Assembly (NCBI GenBank): GCA_005889405.1
Contig: VBFY01000014.1
Coordinates: 2,542 to 66,541, forward strand
Direction of reading: 5' to 3'
From: Chloroflexota bacterium
Lineage (GTDB): Bacteria; Chloroflexota; Limnocylindria; P2-11E
DNA: 64,000 nucleotides
Part shown: positions 25,624-36,365 of the stretch, one piece after another
How the letters are laid out: the number at the start of each line of letters is the position of its first letter
Position numbering within the stretch: position 1 is the first letter of the stretch
The notes under the pieces: generated by a model
Seen by the model: the letters and a program-made list of their open reading frames with translations, nothing else
The model's database searches: none
What the model was told of the DNA's origin: nothing
Translations under genes and position numbers: made by a program

Positions 25624-27132
25624 CTATTCGGCCGGTGTCGCCTCGGTCATCATGCCGGGCTCTTCGCCACCGACCTCGGACCAGATCTTGACGTTCTTGG
25701 GCTCCCGCAGGAACAGCGTGCCGAGGACCACCGTCATGAGCGCGACGGTGATCACGTACGCGAGACCGAGATAGATGTTGCCGTTCGGGTCGGGCGGCGT
25801 CGACGTGTTGAACTGCCGCAGGTCGAAGATACCCAGCCACGGAACGTAGGAGGTCGCGATCGGGATCGTCGCTCCGACGAGACCGGTGAAGGTCAGCGGC
25901 AGCAGGCCACCGAACCAGCCGTTCCCGAAGTGGTACGGGATCGACAGCGAGGTGTAACGGACCTTCGCGCGGAAGTACTCCACCAGGAACGCCGCGATCG
26001 GTCCGTAGACCATCGTCACGTAGATCACCTGGATCCACACGAGACCCACGAGCACGAGCGTGTCGGGATTCGCCTTCGTGATGAGACCGGTGGGTCCGTA
26101 CTCGACGTGCGCAGCGTCATACATCGCGTGATAGATCGGGATGTAGGTGACCGCCGCGATGAGACAGCCCGCCAGGATGATGACTTTGCGTCCGATCTTG
26201 TCGGACAGCCAGCCGAAGAACAGGAAGAACGGCGTGCCGAGGGCGACCGCCCACAGCATGACGGTGTACGACTGCGTGAAGCTGAGCTTCAGGTACGTCG
26301 TCATGAAGAAGTTCGCCTGGAATTGACCCTGGTACCAGACGACTCCCTGGCCGGCGGTGAGGCCGAGAAGCACCAGCAGGATCGTGCCGACCTTGCGGCC
26401 GCTGAAGCTCTCCTTCGCCCAGTTGCCCGCGCCGGTGACGGCCTGCTTCTGCTCCTTGAGACGCGCGAACAGCGGCGTCTCGCGGAGGCGGATGCGAATG
26501 TAGAGCGCGACGGCGAGAAGTATCGCGCCGAGGATGAACGGGTACCGCCAGCCGACACTCGCGAAGTCGGCCGCGGCCATGGTGGTGCGGAAGTACAGGA
26601 TGATCGCGAGCGCGAAGAAGAAGCCGAGCGTCGCGGTCGTCTGGATCCACGAGGTGTACAGACCGCGCTTGTTGTCGGGCGCGTGCTCGGCCACGTAGAT
26701 CGCCGCTCCGCCGTACTCGCCACCAAGCGCGAGCCCCTGGACCAGCCGCAGGATCACCAGTCCGATCGGCGCGAGGATGCCGATGTCCTTGTATGTGGGT
26801 AGCAGACCCATGAAGACGGTCGATAGACCCATCGCCGTGATCGTCACGAGGAAGGTGTACTTGCGTCCGATGATGTCTCCGAGTGCCCCGAAGATCACGG
26901 CTCCGAACGGCCGCACCAGGAAACCCGCCGCGTATGCGGCGAACCCCGAGAGCTGCACCGCGGTCGGGTTGTCACCCGGGAAGAAGAGCGGTGAGAGGAA
27001 CGGGGTCAGGGTCGCGTAGAGATAAAAGTCGTACCACTCCACGATCGTGCCGGCGGACGCCGCGGTGATTACGAAGGGCAGCCCGTAGGCTCGCCTGGTC
27101 ATCGTCGCCGCGCCCGCGCTAGTCGTTGCCAA
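25624..27132 (-). CDS. MFS transporter, metabolite:H+ symporter (MHS) family; possible carboxylate permease downstream of acs
   Basis: EWYDFYLY, RPFGAVIFG, QGLALGGEYGGA, YTSLSIPYH. Confidence 0.9.
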   Translation of the reverse strand: MATTSAGAATMTRRAYGLPFVITAASAGTIVEWYDFYLYATLTPFLSPLFFPGDNPTAVQLSGFAAYAAGFLVRPFGAVIFGALGDIIGRKYTFLVTITAMGLSTVFMGLLPTYKDIGILAPIGLVILRLVQGLALGGEYGGAAIYVAEHAPDNKRGLYTSWIQTTATLGFFFALAIILYFRTTMAAADFASVGWRYPFILGAILLAVALYIRIRLRETPLFARLKEQKQAVTGAGNWAKESFSGRKVGTILLVLLGLTAGQGVVWYQGQFQANFFMTTYLKLSFTQSYTVMLWAVALGTPFFLFFGWLSDKIGRKVIILAGCLIAAVTYIPIYHAMYDAAHVEYGPTGLITKANPDTLVLVGLVWIQVIYVTMVYGPIAAFLVEYFRAKVRYTSLSIPYHFGNGWFGGLLPLTFTGLVGATIPIATSYVPWLGIFDLRQFNTSTPPDPNGNIYLGLAYVITVALMTVVLGTLFLREPKNVKIWSEVGGEEPGMMTEATPAE

Positions 27133-27239
27133 GATCCACCCCCTCCGCCTATTCGCTGAAGCGGTATTTCTGGGACACGCGCGCCCTCACGTCAACTCGG
27201 CCGTTCAACAGGCGAAAGTCGTTCTGCTCGCTTGGTCGA

Positions 27240-29204
27240 CTATTCCTCCTTGCCGGAGGCCGACGCGGTGCGGATCGAGTCGACGACGGTCGCGTCCGCC
27301 AGCGTCGTGGTGTCACCGAGCGGCGTGCCGTTGGCGATGTCGCGGAGCAGCCGCCGCATGATCTTTCCCGAGCGGGTCTTGGGCAGCTCGGGTGTGAACA
27401 TGATCGTCTTGGGGCGGGCGATCGAGCCGATCTTGCTGACGACGTGCTCGCGGAGCTCCTTCGAGAGCCCCTCGCCTGCCTGCTTTCCGCCACGGAGCGT
27501 CACGAACGCGAAGATCGCCTGGGTCGTCACCGGGTCCTCGCGGCCGATGACGGCGGCCTCGGCCACCGCCGGATGCGAGACGAGCGCCGACTCGACCTCC
27601 GTGGTCGAGATGCGGTGGCCGGAGATCTTCATGACGTCGTCGACGCGGCCCATCAGCCAGAAGTAGCCCTCCTTGTCGCGCCGCGCCCCGTCGCCGGCGA
27701 AATACCGGCCGGGGTACCGGCTCCAGTACGTCTCGCGGTAGCGCTTGTCGTCCTTGTAGATACCGCGCAGCATCGCGGGCCAGGGCTTCGTGATGACGAG
27801 GTAGCCCGCACCGCCGAGCGGCACCGTCTTTCCGTCCTCGTCGACGACATCCGCCCCCACGCCGGGGAACGGGAACGTCGCGCTGCCGGGCTTCGTTGTC
27901 GTGATACCCGGGAGCGGTGTGATGAGGATCATGCCCGTCTCCGTCATCCACCAGGTATCGACGATCGGACAGCGAGCGCCGCCGATGTTCTCGTGATACC
28001 AGAGCCACGCTTCAGGGTTGATCGGCTCCCCCACCGATCCGAGAAGTCGCAGGGACTTCATGTCGTGCTTATTCGGATACTCGGCCCCCCACTTCATGAA
28101 CGTCCGGATCGCGGTCGGCGCGCAGTAGAGGATCGAGACCTGGTACTTCTCGATGATCGACCACCAGCGATCCTTGTCGGGGAAGTCAGGTGTGCCCTCG
28201 TACATGACCCCGGTCGACCCATTCGCGAGCGGACCGAACACGATGTAGCTGTGGCCGGTGACCCAGCCGATGTCGGCTGCGCACCAATACACATCCTCGT
28301 GCTTTACGTCGAAGATGAGCTTGTGCGTCGTCGCGACGCCGGCGAGATAGCCGGCCGTCGTATGTACGATGCCCTTCGGCTTCGCCGTAGTGCCCGAGGT
28401 GTAGAGCAGGTAGAGCATGTGCTCGCTCTCGAGCGACTCCGCCGGGCACTCGGGCTTCTGCTTATCGACGAGGTCGTGCCACCAGATATCGCGGCCGATC
28501 GTCCACGGCACGTCCTGCTTCGTGCGTCGCACGACGAGCACCTTCTCGATCGTCTTCGCCTGCGCGACGGCATCGTCCGCGTTCTTCTTGAGCGCGACCG
28601 CGCTTCCCTTCCGGTAGCCGCCGTCGGCGGTGACGAGGACCTTCGCCTCCGAGTCGTTGATGCGGCCGGACAGGGCCTCCGCTGAGAAACCGCCGAAGAC
28701 GACCGTGAACGGCGCGCCGATTCGCGCGCAGGCGAGCATCGCGGCGGGGAGCTCGGGGATCATCGGCATGTAGATCGCGACGCGGTCGCCTTTACGGACA
28801 CCGAGCTCCTTCAGCGCGTTGGCGCAGCGGCAGGTCATCTCGAGCAGGTCGCGGTAGGTGATCGTCCGCGTGTCGCCGGGCTCGCCCTCCCAGTGGTACG
28901 CGACCTTGGTCCCCCGGCCGGCCTTCACGTGACGGTCGAGGCAGTTCTCGGAGATGTTGAGCTCGCCGCCAAGGAACCACTTGGCGTATGGCGCCTCCCA
29001 CTCGAGCACCTTGTCGAACGGCTTCCGCCAGAGGAGCTCCTTCGCCTGCTCCGCCCAGAAGCCTTCGAGGTCGCGCTCCGCGCGCTGGTAGATGCCGGGG
29101 TCGCTGGCGTTCGCCTTGGCGGCGAAGCCTGGTGGCGGCGGGAACCGACGGTCCTCTTGGGCGAAGGTCTCGAGCGCCGTGGTGCTCTTGGTGTCGCTCG
29201 CCAT
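27240..29204 (-). CDS. acs: Acetyl-CoA synthetase
   Basis: YTSGTTAKPKG, DIGWVTGHSY, VGEPINPEAW, PKTRSGKIMRR. Confidence 0.96.
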   Translation of the reverse strand: MASDTKSTTALETFAQEDRRFPPPPGFAAKANASDPGIYQRAERDLEGFWAEQAKELLWRKPFDKVLEWEAPYAKWFLGGELNISENCLDRHVKAGRGTKVAYHWEGEPGDTRTITYRDLLEMTCRCANALKELGVRKGDRVAIYMPMIPELPAAMLACARIGAPFTVVFGGFSAEALSGRINDSEAKVLVTADGGYRKGSAVALKKNADDAVAQAKTIEKVLVVRRTKQDVPWTIGRDIWWHDLVDKQKPECPAESLESEHMLYLLYTSGTTAKPKGIVHTTAGYLAGVATTHKLIFDVKHEDVYWCAADIGWVTGHSYIVFGPLANGSTGVMYEGTPDFPDKDRWWSIIEKYQVSILYCAPTAIRTFMKWGAEYPNKHDMKSLRLLGSVGEPINPEAWLWYHENIGGARCPIVDTWWMTETGMILITPLPGITTTKPGSATFPFPGVGADVVDEDGKTVPLGGAGYLVITKPWPAMLRGIYKDDKRYRETYWSRYPGRYFAGDGARRDKEGYFWLMGRVDDVMKISGHRISTTEVESALVSHPAVAEAAVIGREDPVTTQAIFAFVTLRGGKQAGEGLSKELREHVVSKIGSIARPKTIMFTPELPKTRSGKIMRRLLRDIANGTPLGDTTTLADATVVDSIRTASASGKEE

Positions 29205-29248
29205 CGCTCACACCCCCCGGTCTCTGTCTTGGGTGAGCGAGTATGCGA

Positions 29249-29746
29249 CTAGATCGCCGTGACCGTCCCTCCCTCGAGCGCCCGCAGGTGGGCGTCGTAA
29301 TGGTTCGGCAGCGTCAGCAGCCAGCCGAAGCAATTAAGCTCACCGTAGTAGGGGTGCCGGGCCGTCGCGCCGGTATCCGGCTCCGCCGGGAACTCGGCTC
29401 GCAGCCGGCGCAGGGCTGCGGCGGCCTTGTCGGCGAGCGTGGAGATGCCCGGCCGGGTCACGGCCGACGCAGCCGGTCGTGGCTGGCCCGTCGAGCCCCC
29501 TTCTTGTCCCTGGGCGAGACGAAGGGCGATGAGTGTGACGCCGCGCTCCACGATCAGGAGGTGGACGGCGACCTGGCCGATGCCCCAGTCGTCGTCCGAC
29601 CCCGAGGCGAGGTCCGCGTCGCTCGCATGTTCGACTCGCGCCAGGAGTCGCGCGCGCCATTCGTCCGTCCCCCTCGCGACGAGCCGGATGGTCTCGCTGA
29701 CCCAGCCAGGACGGTCCGGAGGGTCTTCCGTTACGGTGAGCGTCAC
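29249..29746 (-). CDS. DinB family protein; start uncertain
   Basis: WGIGQVAVHL...HPYYGELN...HYDAHL His triad. Confidence 0.75.
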   Translation of the reverse strand: MTLTVTEDPPDRPGWVSETIRLVARGTDEWRARLLARVEHASDADLASGSDDDWGIGQVAVHLLIVERGVTLIALRLAQGQEGGSTGQPRPAASAVTRPGISTLADKAAAALRRLRAEFPAEPDTGATARHPYYGELNCFGWLLTLPNHYDAHLRALEGGTVTAI

Positions 29747-29887
29747 AGCAGCGCATATTGCGCCGTTCGTGTGTACGTGCCGTACTCCACTCGCGCGCAC
29801 GTCTGAGCCGGCAAGCCGGCTCCCCCGTGCTCGCTCATGTGTGAGAATGCGGCGCGACTTGGCCGAAAGGCCGCACAGGAGGACGAA

Positions 29888-30178
29888 GTGGCGGGGATCT
29901 CAAAGTCGGAAACTCTGAATCGGCTCTCGGAGAAGACGCAACTGACAAAGAAGCAAGTGGGTACCGTTCTCGAGGAGCTCGCGGCCCTGGCCTACAAGGA
30001 AGCCCGGAACGGCTTCACGTTCCCAGGCGTCGGCAAGCTCGTGATCGTGGACCGCAAGGCCCGTCTGGGCCGCAACCCGGCGACCGGTGAGACGATCCAG
30101 ATCCCGGCGAAGCGCGTACTCAAGTTCCGCATCGCCAAGCAGGCGAAGGACTCGACTCTCGCGAAGCGCGGCAAGTAG
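29888..30178 (+). CDS. hup: HU family DNA-binding protein
   Basis: FPGVGKL, RKARLGRNPATGETIQIPAK; AGGAGG RBS before GTG. Confidence 0.92.
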   Translation: MAGISKSETLNRLSEKTQLTKKQVGTVLEELAALAYKEARNGFTFPGVGKLVIVDRKARLGRNPATGETIQIPAKRVLKFRIAKQAKDSTLAKRGK

Positions 30179-30305
30179 CCGCACCGCACTTATCTTCGCG
30201 AGGTCCTTCATCGCGCGCGGTGGAGGACCTCGCGCTGCCTCACACGCTTTTTGGCGATAGGGCGGCCCCACTGAGGTGGCCGCTGCCGTTCTTGGCATCT
30301 GCTAC

Positions 30306-30332
30306 GTTCTGAACGTTCAGTTGAAACAGAAC
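30306..30332. promoter_or_regulatory. Palindromic operator upstream of the MarR/GbsR regulator
   Basis: CTGAACGTTCAG perfect palindrome (30309-30320) inside a GTTCTG...CAGAAC inverted repeat. Confidence 0.55.
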
Positions 30333-30341
30333 AAAGCCAAG

Positions 30342-30791
30342 ATGACGGCCGCGCAGCACGACTTCGTCGATCACATGGGCCAGCAGATGGTCGGCTGGAA
30401 CCTTGCGCGCACGACGGGACGCGTGTGGGCGTACCTCCTGATACGCGGGGAGCCCGCGGTGCTGGACGAGATCGCGCGCGACCTCGAGGTCGCCAAGAGC
30501 GGCGCGAGCGTCGGCGCACGGCAGTTGGTCGCATTCGGTCTCGCGCGCAGCACCGGCGAACGTGGCAGCCGCCGCGTGCTCTTCAGCGCGATCGACAACA
30601 TGGAGGCGATGTTCGCGGCTCGTAGCGAGAGCGCGCGCTCACTACAGCGGCTCCTGCTCGAAGGCGCGCGCGCCGCTTCGACGTCGGGAACGCGCGCGAC
30701 GCTGACCGACATGGCATCGGGCATCGATGAGATCCTCGAGCGAGAGGGCGTGGCAATCACCGCGCGGAGCCGGAAAGGGAAGCGGTCATGA
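30342..30791 (+). CDS. GbsR/MarR family transcriptional regulator
   Basis: RTTGRVWAYLL, LDEIARDLEVAKSGASVGARQL winged HTH. Confidence 0.85.
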   Translation: MTAAQHDFVDHMGQQMVGWNLARTTGRVWAYLLIRGEPAVLDEIARDLEVAKSGASVGARQLVAFGLARSTGERGSRRVLFSAIDNMEAMFAARSESARSLQRLLLEGARAASTSGTRATLTDMASGIDEILEREGVAITARSRKGKRS

Positions 30792-31669
30792 CAGAGGCCA
30801 TCGAGACGAAGGGACTCACGAAGGACTACGGCAACGGCCGAGGGATCTTCGACCTCGACCTCGGCATCGCCGAGGGTGAGGTCTTCGGATTCCTGGGACC
30901 GAACGGCGCCGGAAAGACGACGACCATCCGTCTGCTCATGGGGCTCATCCACGCGACGCGTGGGAGCGCGCGCATCTTCGGACTCGACTGTGATCACGAC
31001 GCCGTCGCCGTGAAGCGCAAGGTGGGGTATTGCCCGGGTGAGCTTCCGCAGTTCGGCGGATGGCGCGGATCGGAGGTCGTCGCGTACGTCGCAGGGCTGC
31101 GTGGCGATGTGAAGGATGCGACGATCACCGCACTGGCGGAGCGGCTCGATCTTGACCTCGGACGGAAGTACCGCGAGTACTCGCACGGGAACAAGCAGAA
31201 GCTCGCGCTGATCCTCGCGTTCATGCACCAGCCCGCGCTCGTGATCCTGGACGAGCCGACGACCGGACTCGATCCGTTGGTGCAGCAGGAGTTCTACGGC
31301 ATCGTTCGCGACGCCCGGACGCGGGGCGCGACGATGTTCATCTCCTCACACGTGCTGTCCGAGGTCGAGCATGTGTGCGACCGCGTCGGCATCGTGCGCG
31401 AGGGACACCTCGCGACGGTGAGCCCGCTCGAAGACCTCGTCGGCATGCGCGCATTCCGCGTGGAGATCGATTTCGCCGACGATGTGCCGGTCGACCGCCT
31501 GAAGCGGGTGGAAGAGCTGGACCAGCTCGTCGTAACCGATCATCGAGCCACCGGCCTGCTCCGCGGCACGTTCGAACCGCTCATGGCAGCGGTCGCCGGC
31601 ACACGGGTCATAGGCTTTACGAGCCGCGAGCCCAGCCTCGAGGAGATCTTCCTCACGTACTACCGGTGA
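30788..31669 (+). CDS. ABC transporter ATP-binding protein
   Basis: GPNGAGKTT, YSHGNKQK, ILDEPT, SSH. Confidence 0.93.
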   Translation: MTEAIETKGLTKDYGNGRGIFDLDLGIAEGEVFGFLGPNGAGKTTTIRLLMGLIHATRGSARIFGLDCDHDAVAVKRKVGYCPGELPQFGGWRGSEVVAYVAGLRGDVKDATITALAERLDLDLGRKYREYSHGNKQKLALILAFMHQPALVILDEPTTGLDPLVQQEFYGIVRDARTRGATMFISSHVLSEVEHVCDRVGIVREGHLATVSPLEDLVGMRAFRVEIDFADDVPVDRLKRVEELDQLVVTDHRATGLLRGTFEPLMAAVAGTRVIGFTSREPSLEEIFLTYYR

Positions 31670-33285
31670 TGCTCATCCGTATCGCGTTGAAGCAGCAGAC
31701 CGTCGGCGTCATCGCCTTGGCGCTCGTCGTGGCTATCGGCGGTGTACTCAACACCCTCGCCTTCGTCCAGATCGCCGGCACGACACCGGCCGAGCGCGCT
31801 GCGTTCGCGCAGCAGATGACGCTGCTCGGTGCGCAGCTCTCCTACATGCTCCCAGTCCCGGTGCGGATCGACACGCTCGCCGGCTACCTCGAGTGGCGCT
31901 GGTTCGGCACGCTCGTGGTCGTCTTCGGGATCTGGGCCGCGATCTCGGCGAGCGGAAGCGGCCGCGGGGATGAGGAGCGCGGCCTTGTCGAGCAATGGCT
32001 CGCCGCCGGCGTCGGGCGCGCACGCTATCTCATCACCCGCGTCGCCGTGTTCGCGGCGATCGCGACGGTCGTGATCGGCGCGATGCAGTTGTCGATCCTC
32101 CTCTCCGCGGACGGCGAACCGCTTGCGCGTGGGGACCTGTTTGCGATGGGTGTCAATCTCCTCGCGACGACTCTGTGTTGCTACGGCATCGCCTTGGTGA
32201 TCGCGCAACTGGTCACGACCCGGCGCGCGGCAGGCGGGATCGCTGCTGGGCTTTTCATAGCGCTCTTTCTGATCAATGGAGCGGGTCGTACCGCCAACAT
32301 CGGTGCCGCTCGCTGGCTCTCGCCTTTCTATCTCTTCGAGCGCAGTAGACCGCTCACTGAGGGCGGCGCGCTCGACCCGGTCGGCATCGGAGCGCTGCTC
32401 GGCGCCGGAGCCGTGCTCCTGGCTATCGGCGTCGTCACGTTCGCGAGACGCGATCTCGGAGGTACCGCGCTCCCGGGCACCAGACGCGAGAGCCGTGGGA
32501 CGCGATCGCCCTCGCGCGACCCGCTCCTACGTCTGCCTGTGCTCGGCCCCCTGCGACAACAGCGCATCTGGGTGGCAGCGTGGCTCGTGGGGTTCGTCGC
32601 GCTCTCGGCATCACTCATCTCGATCACGCGCACGATCGTCGACTCGCTCACGTCCTCGGAGGTGCCATTCATGCGGGCGTACTTCGAACGAGCTGGACTC
32701 AGCGTGTACGACTCCTTCGTGGGCGTCATCTGGCTCTCGACCGCGACGCTGTTGCTCTCCGTCTACGCGATCATCCAGGTGGCCAGCTGGTCCGCCGACG
32801 ACGGCGAGGGCAGGCTGGCGACCATCCTCTCCGCGCCGGTGTCGCACACCAGAGTCATCCTCGAGCGACTCGCGACGCTGCTGGTCGCCGTCGGGCTGAT
32901 CGCCGCGGCATCGTCGGTCGCGGTGTACATGGTCGCCGCCGGCCAGGGCATCACGCTCGACGGTGGGCGCGTCGCGCTCGCCGCTACCCTGCTGCTCACG
33001 ATCCCCTTCGCGTTCGGCTCCATCGGCCAGTTCGTGTCGGCGTCGCGCCCCCGCATCGCGGTCGTGGCACTCTCCACGGTGGCCGTGTTCAGCTACTTCG
33101 TCCAGCAGTTCGTTCCGCTGTTCGGTTGGCCCGACTGGGTCGCGAACCTGTCGCTCTACACGCTCTATGGCACGCCGATGTCCGGAGACGTCAAGTGGGC
33201 CGGCGTCGCGGGTCTCGTTGGGATCGGTATCGTTGCGACGGCCGCATCCCTGGTCGCCCTGCGGCGGCGTGATGTCGGTGCCTAA
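31669..33285 (+). CDS. ABC-2 type exporter permease (duplicated)
   Basis: Two halves with GDEERG and DDGEGRL motifs, about 12 TM. Confidence 0.88.
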   Translation: MLIRIALKQQTVGVIALALVVAIGGVLNTLAFVQIAGTTPAERAAFAQQMTLLGAQLSYMLPVPVRIDTLAGYLEWRWFGTLVVVFGIWAAISASGSGRGDEERGLVEQWLAAGVGRARYLITRVAVFAAIATVVIGAMQLSILLSADGEPLARGDLFAMGVNLLATTLCCYGIALVIAQLVTTRRAAGGIAAGLFIALFLINGAGRTANIGAARWLSPFYLFERSRPLTEGGALDPVGIGALLGAGAVLLAIGVVTFARRDLGGTALPGTRRESRGTRSPSRDPLLRLPVLGPLRQQRIWVAAWLVGFVALSASLISITRTIVDSLTSSEVPFMRAYFERAGLSVYDSFVGVIWLSTATLLLSVYAIIQVASWSADDGEGRLATILSAPVSHTRVILERLATLLVAVGLIAAASSVAVYMVAAGQGITLDGGRVALAATLLLTIPFAFGSIGQFVSASRPRIAVVALSTVAVFSYFVQQFVPLFGWPDWVANLSLYTLYGTPMSGDVKWAGVAGLVGIGIVATAASLVALRRRDVGA

Positions 33286-34318
33286 CGCACCCGGGCCGAA
33301 CGTCCCGTTCCCGCCGCAGGAGGCGGAGCTGGTCGAGGAGATCCCGACCGGGCCGAAGTGGCAGTACGAGCCGAAGTGGGACGGCTTCCGCGGCGTGCTC
33401 GAGAACGACAACGGCGAGCTCGCGCTGTGGAGCCGCAATGGCCGGCCGCTGCTGCGCTACTTCCCCGAACTGCGCCCACTCGGCGATCTCCTCCCACCCA
33501 ACTCCGCGCTTGACGGTGAGATCGTCATCGAACGCGAGGGATCGCTCGACTTCGACGCGATGCAGATGCGCCTCCATCCGGCGGAGTCGCGCATCCGCAG
33601 GCTCGCGGCGGAGACACCGGCGACGTACATCGCGTTCGACGTCCTGCTCTGGAATGGGGAGCCCGTGCACGAGAAACCTCTCGCGGAGCGCCGGAAGACA
33701 CTTCTCGATGTCGCGAAGGGCTTCACGCTTTCCGTCACGACGACCGACCTGACGACGGCGAAGCACTGGCTGGAACGGCTGGAGGTCATCGGCCTCGACG
33801 GGATCATCGCGAAGCGCATCGATGCCGTGTACAAGCCGGGGTCGCGCGAGGTCGTGAAGAAGGTCAAGTACCACAAGACGTGCGACTGCGTGATCGTCGG
33901 CTACCGCACGAACGGCGAGAAGATCGCGAGCCTGTTGCTGGGCCTTTATCGCGAAGACGGCACGCTCGACTTCGTCGGGCACACGTCCGGGATCGCCGGG
34001 CCGCTTCAGAAACAGCTGCAACAGATGTTGCCGCCGCTCAAGGAGGAGGGCGCGCTCGGCTTCGACCCGAGCGAATGGGGTCGCACGCCCGACGCCGGGT
34101 CCCGTTGGTCGCAAGGAAAAGATCTGCCGTGGCATGAGATCCGGCCCGAGCTGGTGTGCGAGATCCGCTACGACAAGATGGAGGATGAGCGCATCCGGCA
34201 TGGCACGCGCTTCCTACGCTTCCGCCCTGATAAGGATCCGAAGCAGTGCACCTGGGACCAGGTCCGCCCGCGACCGAAGAGCGGCGACCCGGTGCTCGCG
34301 GAGCTGCTGAACACCTAG
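33272..34318 (+). CDS. ATP-dependent DNA ligase (LigC-like)
   Basis: YEPKWDGFR, LDGEIV, FDVL, DGIIAK, RFRPDKDP. Confidence 0.92.
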   Translation: MSVPNAPGPNVPFPPQEAELVEEIPTGPKWQYEPKWDGFRGVLENDNGELALWSRNGRPLLRYFPELRPLGDLLPPNSALDGEIVIEREGSLDFDAMQMRLHPAESRIRRLAAETPATYIAFDVLLWNGEPVHEKPLAERRKTLLDVAKGFTLSVTTTDLTTAKHWLERLEVIGLDGIIAKRIDAVYKPGSREVVKKVKYHKTCDCVIVGYRTNGEKIASLLLGLYREDGTLDFVGHTSGIAGPLQKQLQQMLPPLKEEGALGFDPSEWGRTPDAGSRWSQGKDLPWHEIRPELVCEIRYDKMEDERIRHGTRFLRFRPDKDPKQCTWDQVRPRPKSGDPVLAELLNT

Positions 34319-35796
34319 CGGAGCAGCTCGTCGCGCGCGCGAACCAGCGCCGCACGCTCGTGCTCGCGCTCGAGGTTCCAGCCCTGCCAGTCGGGCGCCC
34401 GGTCTTCGTCGACGCGTGAGAGCGCGATGCGCAGGAGGATGTCGGCGTAGAGCCGCTGGCTGAGCGGAAGGCGCGGGAACGCGTCGACCAGCTCGACGAT
34501 CGCGCCGCCGCCGAGACCGACCAGCGTGTCCGCGTCGAAGTTCCGCGACGCGTCGGCGGGCAGCCCGGACGGATCGAGGACGCGCGCGATGTTCGCGCGG
34601 GCAACGAACGCCGCCGGGCCGATCGCGTTCGCCGTCAGCGCGACGAGCACGACGGCGAGCGCGAGTGGCTGAAGCGCAAACGACATGCGACCGCGCGCGA
34701 CGCCCCAGCCGAAGAGCGCGAGCGCGAGCGCCAGGAACGCGATCGCCGTCATCGCGTAGAAGCGCAGCTCTGTCCAGCCATAGGCCTGTTGATAGAGATC
34801 GAGGCGGTACCACGCGGAGGCGAGGACGACCGCGGTAAGCGCGAGCAGCGTCAGGGCGGCGCCCAGATATGCGCGCCCGCGAACCTGCACCGTGAGCTCC
34901 AGCCCGAACAGCAACACGGCGACCAGCGCGACCGCCGCGATGAGCTCGAAGAAGCCACGGCGAGCGTAGGCGCTGTAGGTGATCGCGGCCGCGTCGAGCG
35001 TGTCGCGGCCGCCGAAGAGATACGCGAGCTGCAAGCTGACGAACGCCGCGAAGAGGGCCGCGATGAGAGCGAGCGCCACCGTCGCGCTCTCGCCTGCGAG
35101 TCGCGCGCGCGACGGCGATGTGAGGTAGTCGCGCGGCACGCGCCAGAGCGCGGCCAGCGCGCCGGCGGCCGGCCAGGCGAACGCGAGCGCGATGAACAGG
35201 CGGCCCGGCGTCTCGCTGAGCGCATCGGCAATCCGCTTCAGGTCGAAGATGTTCTCGAGCGACCGCGCGAAGACGGCGTCGGCGGACGAGAACAGCAGCG
35301 CGAAGACGATCACGAAGGGCGCCGCCAGTCCGATGCCACCGATGTAGCGCGAGACGCGGCCCAAGCGTCGGTGCGCGACGCGCAGGCGCGGCCACGCTGG
35401 AATGACCACGTCAGCAGCGCCGAGGATCACGCGCTCGCAAAGCGACCAGCCTTCGGCGACGACGCTCGCCACAGGGAGCGCGCTGACCGGCGCGCCGCTC
35501 CATGCCGCGACGGTCGCCGCGGTTAGACCGAACGTTGCCAACACATCGAATGCGAGCAGCGGCCCATCCGCGCGGACCACGCAGCATGCCGCGAACGCCA
35601 GCGCGCTCGCCGGCAGCCAGGCGTCACGAGCCTGCAATGGCGCGGCGCGGTCGCGCTGCGTCCAGGCGGCGGCGAGGAACAGTCCGGTGACCAGAAGCGC
35701 GTTCAGCCCGAGCGGCTCGCGGAAGAAGAGGAGCTGCGCGGCGAGGCCGAGCAGCGAAGCGAGCGTGACCGCGGCAACGGCCCGTCGTTCGAGCAC
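34315..35796 (-). CDS. DUF4153/DUF4173-like membrane protein
   Basis: LFSSADAVF, YARRGFFEL, RLDLYQQAYGWTELR. Confidence 0.8.
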   Translation of the reverse strand: MLERRAVAAVTLASLLGLAAQLLFFREPLGLNALLVTGLFLAAAWTQRDRAAPLQARDAWLPASALAFAACCVVRADGPLLAFDVLATFGLTAATVAAWSGAPVSALPVASVVAEGWSLCERVILGAADVVIPAWPRLRVAHRRLGRVSRYIGGIGLAAPFVIVFALLFSSADAVFARSLENIFDLKRIADALSETPGRLFIALAFAWPAAGALAALWRVPRDYLTSPSRARLAGESATVALALIAALFAAFVSLQLAYLFGGRDTLDAAAITYSAYARRGFFELIAAVALVAVLLFGLELTVQVRGRAYLGAALTLLALTAVVLASAWYRLDLYQQAYGWTELRFYAMTAIAFLALALALFGWGVARGRMSFALQPLALAVVLVALTANAIGPAAFVARANIARVLDPSGLPADASRNFDADTLVGLGGGAIVELVDAFPRLPLSQRLYADILLRIALSRVDEDRAPDWQGWNLEREHERAALVRARDELLR

Positions 35797-35954
35797 GAGG
35801 GCAGCGTGCGGGCCGCGCGTGTTGGCGTCATCGCGCGCGAGAGATACATACCTCCGCCTCCGGCTTTCTGGAGCGGCTGCGCCGCTCCATCAATAAGAGT
35901 TAGCCGTCCCACAAGTGAGACGACGGCGACACGTGTGGCGGGTACTCTCGGGCC

Positions 35955-36365
35955 GTGCGGATCCAGAACGCCCAGCGCGTCTCCGAGGCGATCCAGACGC
36001 TCAGCGCGGGCACATCGCTCGACACGCTCGTCGATCGCCTGTACGACCTCACCGACGGCACGCTCGCGCTGGATCGCGCGACCTTGCACCGCATCGCGCG
36101 CGGCAAGACGCAGGTCGCGCGCGCGATCGATTCACCCCAGGAATGCATCCGCCTCTACTTCGCGCTCATGATCCTGGGCTGCGAGCGAGAGCTTTCGGTC
36201 ACGTCGATCGTCGATGAGGGTCATGCCGTGCTCGCGGGATTCGTCGGTGAACCGCTCGCGTCGCTCATCTTTCGCGACCTCGCCGCGACGCTGCCCAAGC
36301 TCACCGATCGGTACACGCTCCGGGAATACCTCGAGGAGGGTCTGCGCATATGGCTACCGAAGTGA
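35955..36365 (+). CDS. Hypothetical protein with possible XRE-like HTH
   Basis: LDRATLHRIARGKT resembles an HTH recognition helix; TACTCT-N6-GTG promoter pattern. Confidence 0.6.
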   Translation: MRIQNAQRVSEAIQTLSAGTSLDTLVDRLYDLTDGTLALDRATLHRIARGKTQVARAIDSPQECIRLYFALMILGCERELSVTSIVDEGHAVLAGFVGEPLASLIFRDLAATLPKLTDRYTLREYLEEGLRIWLPK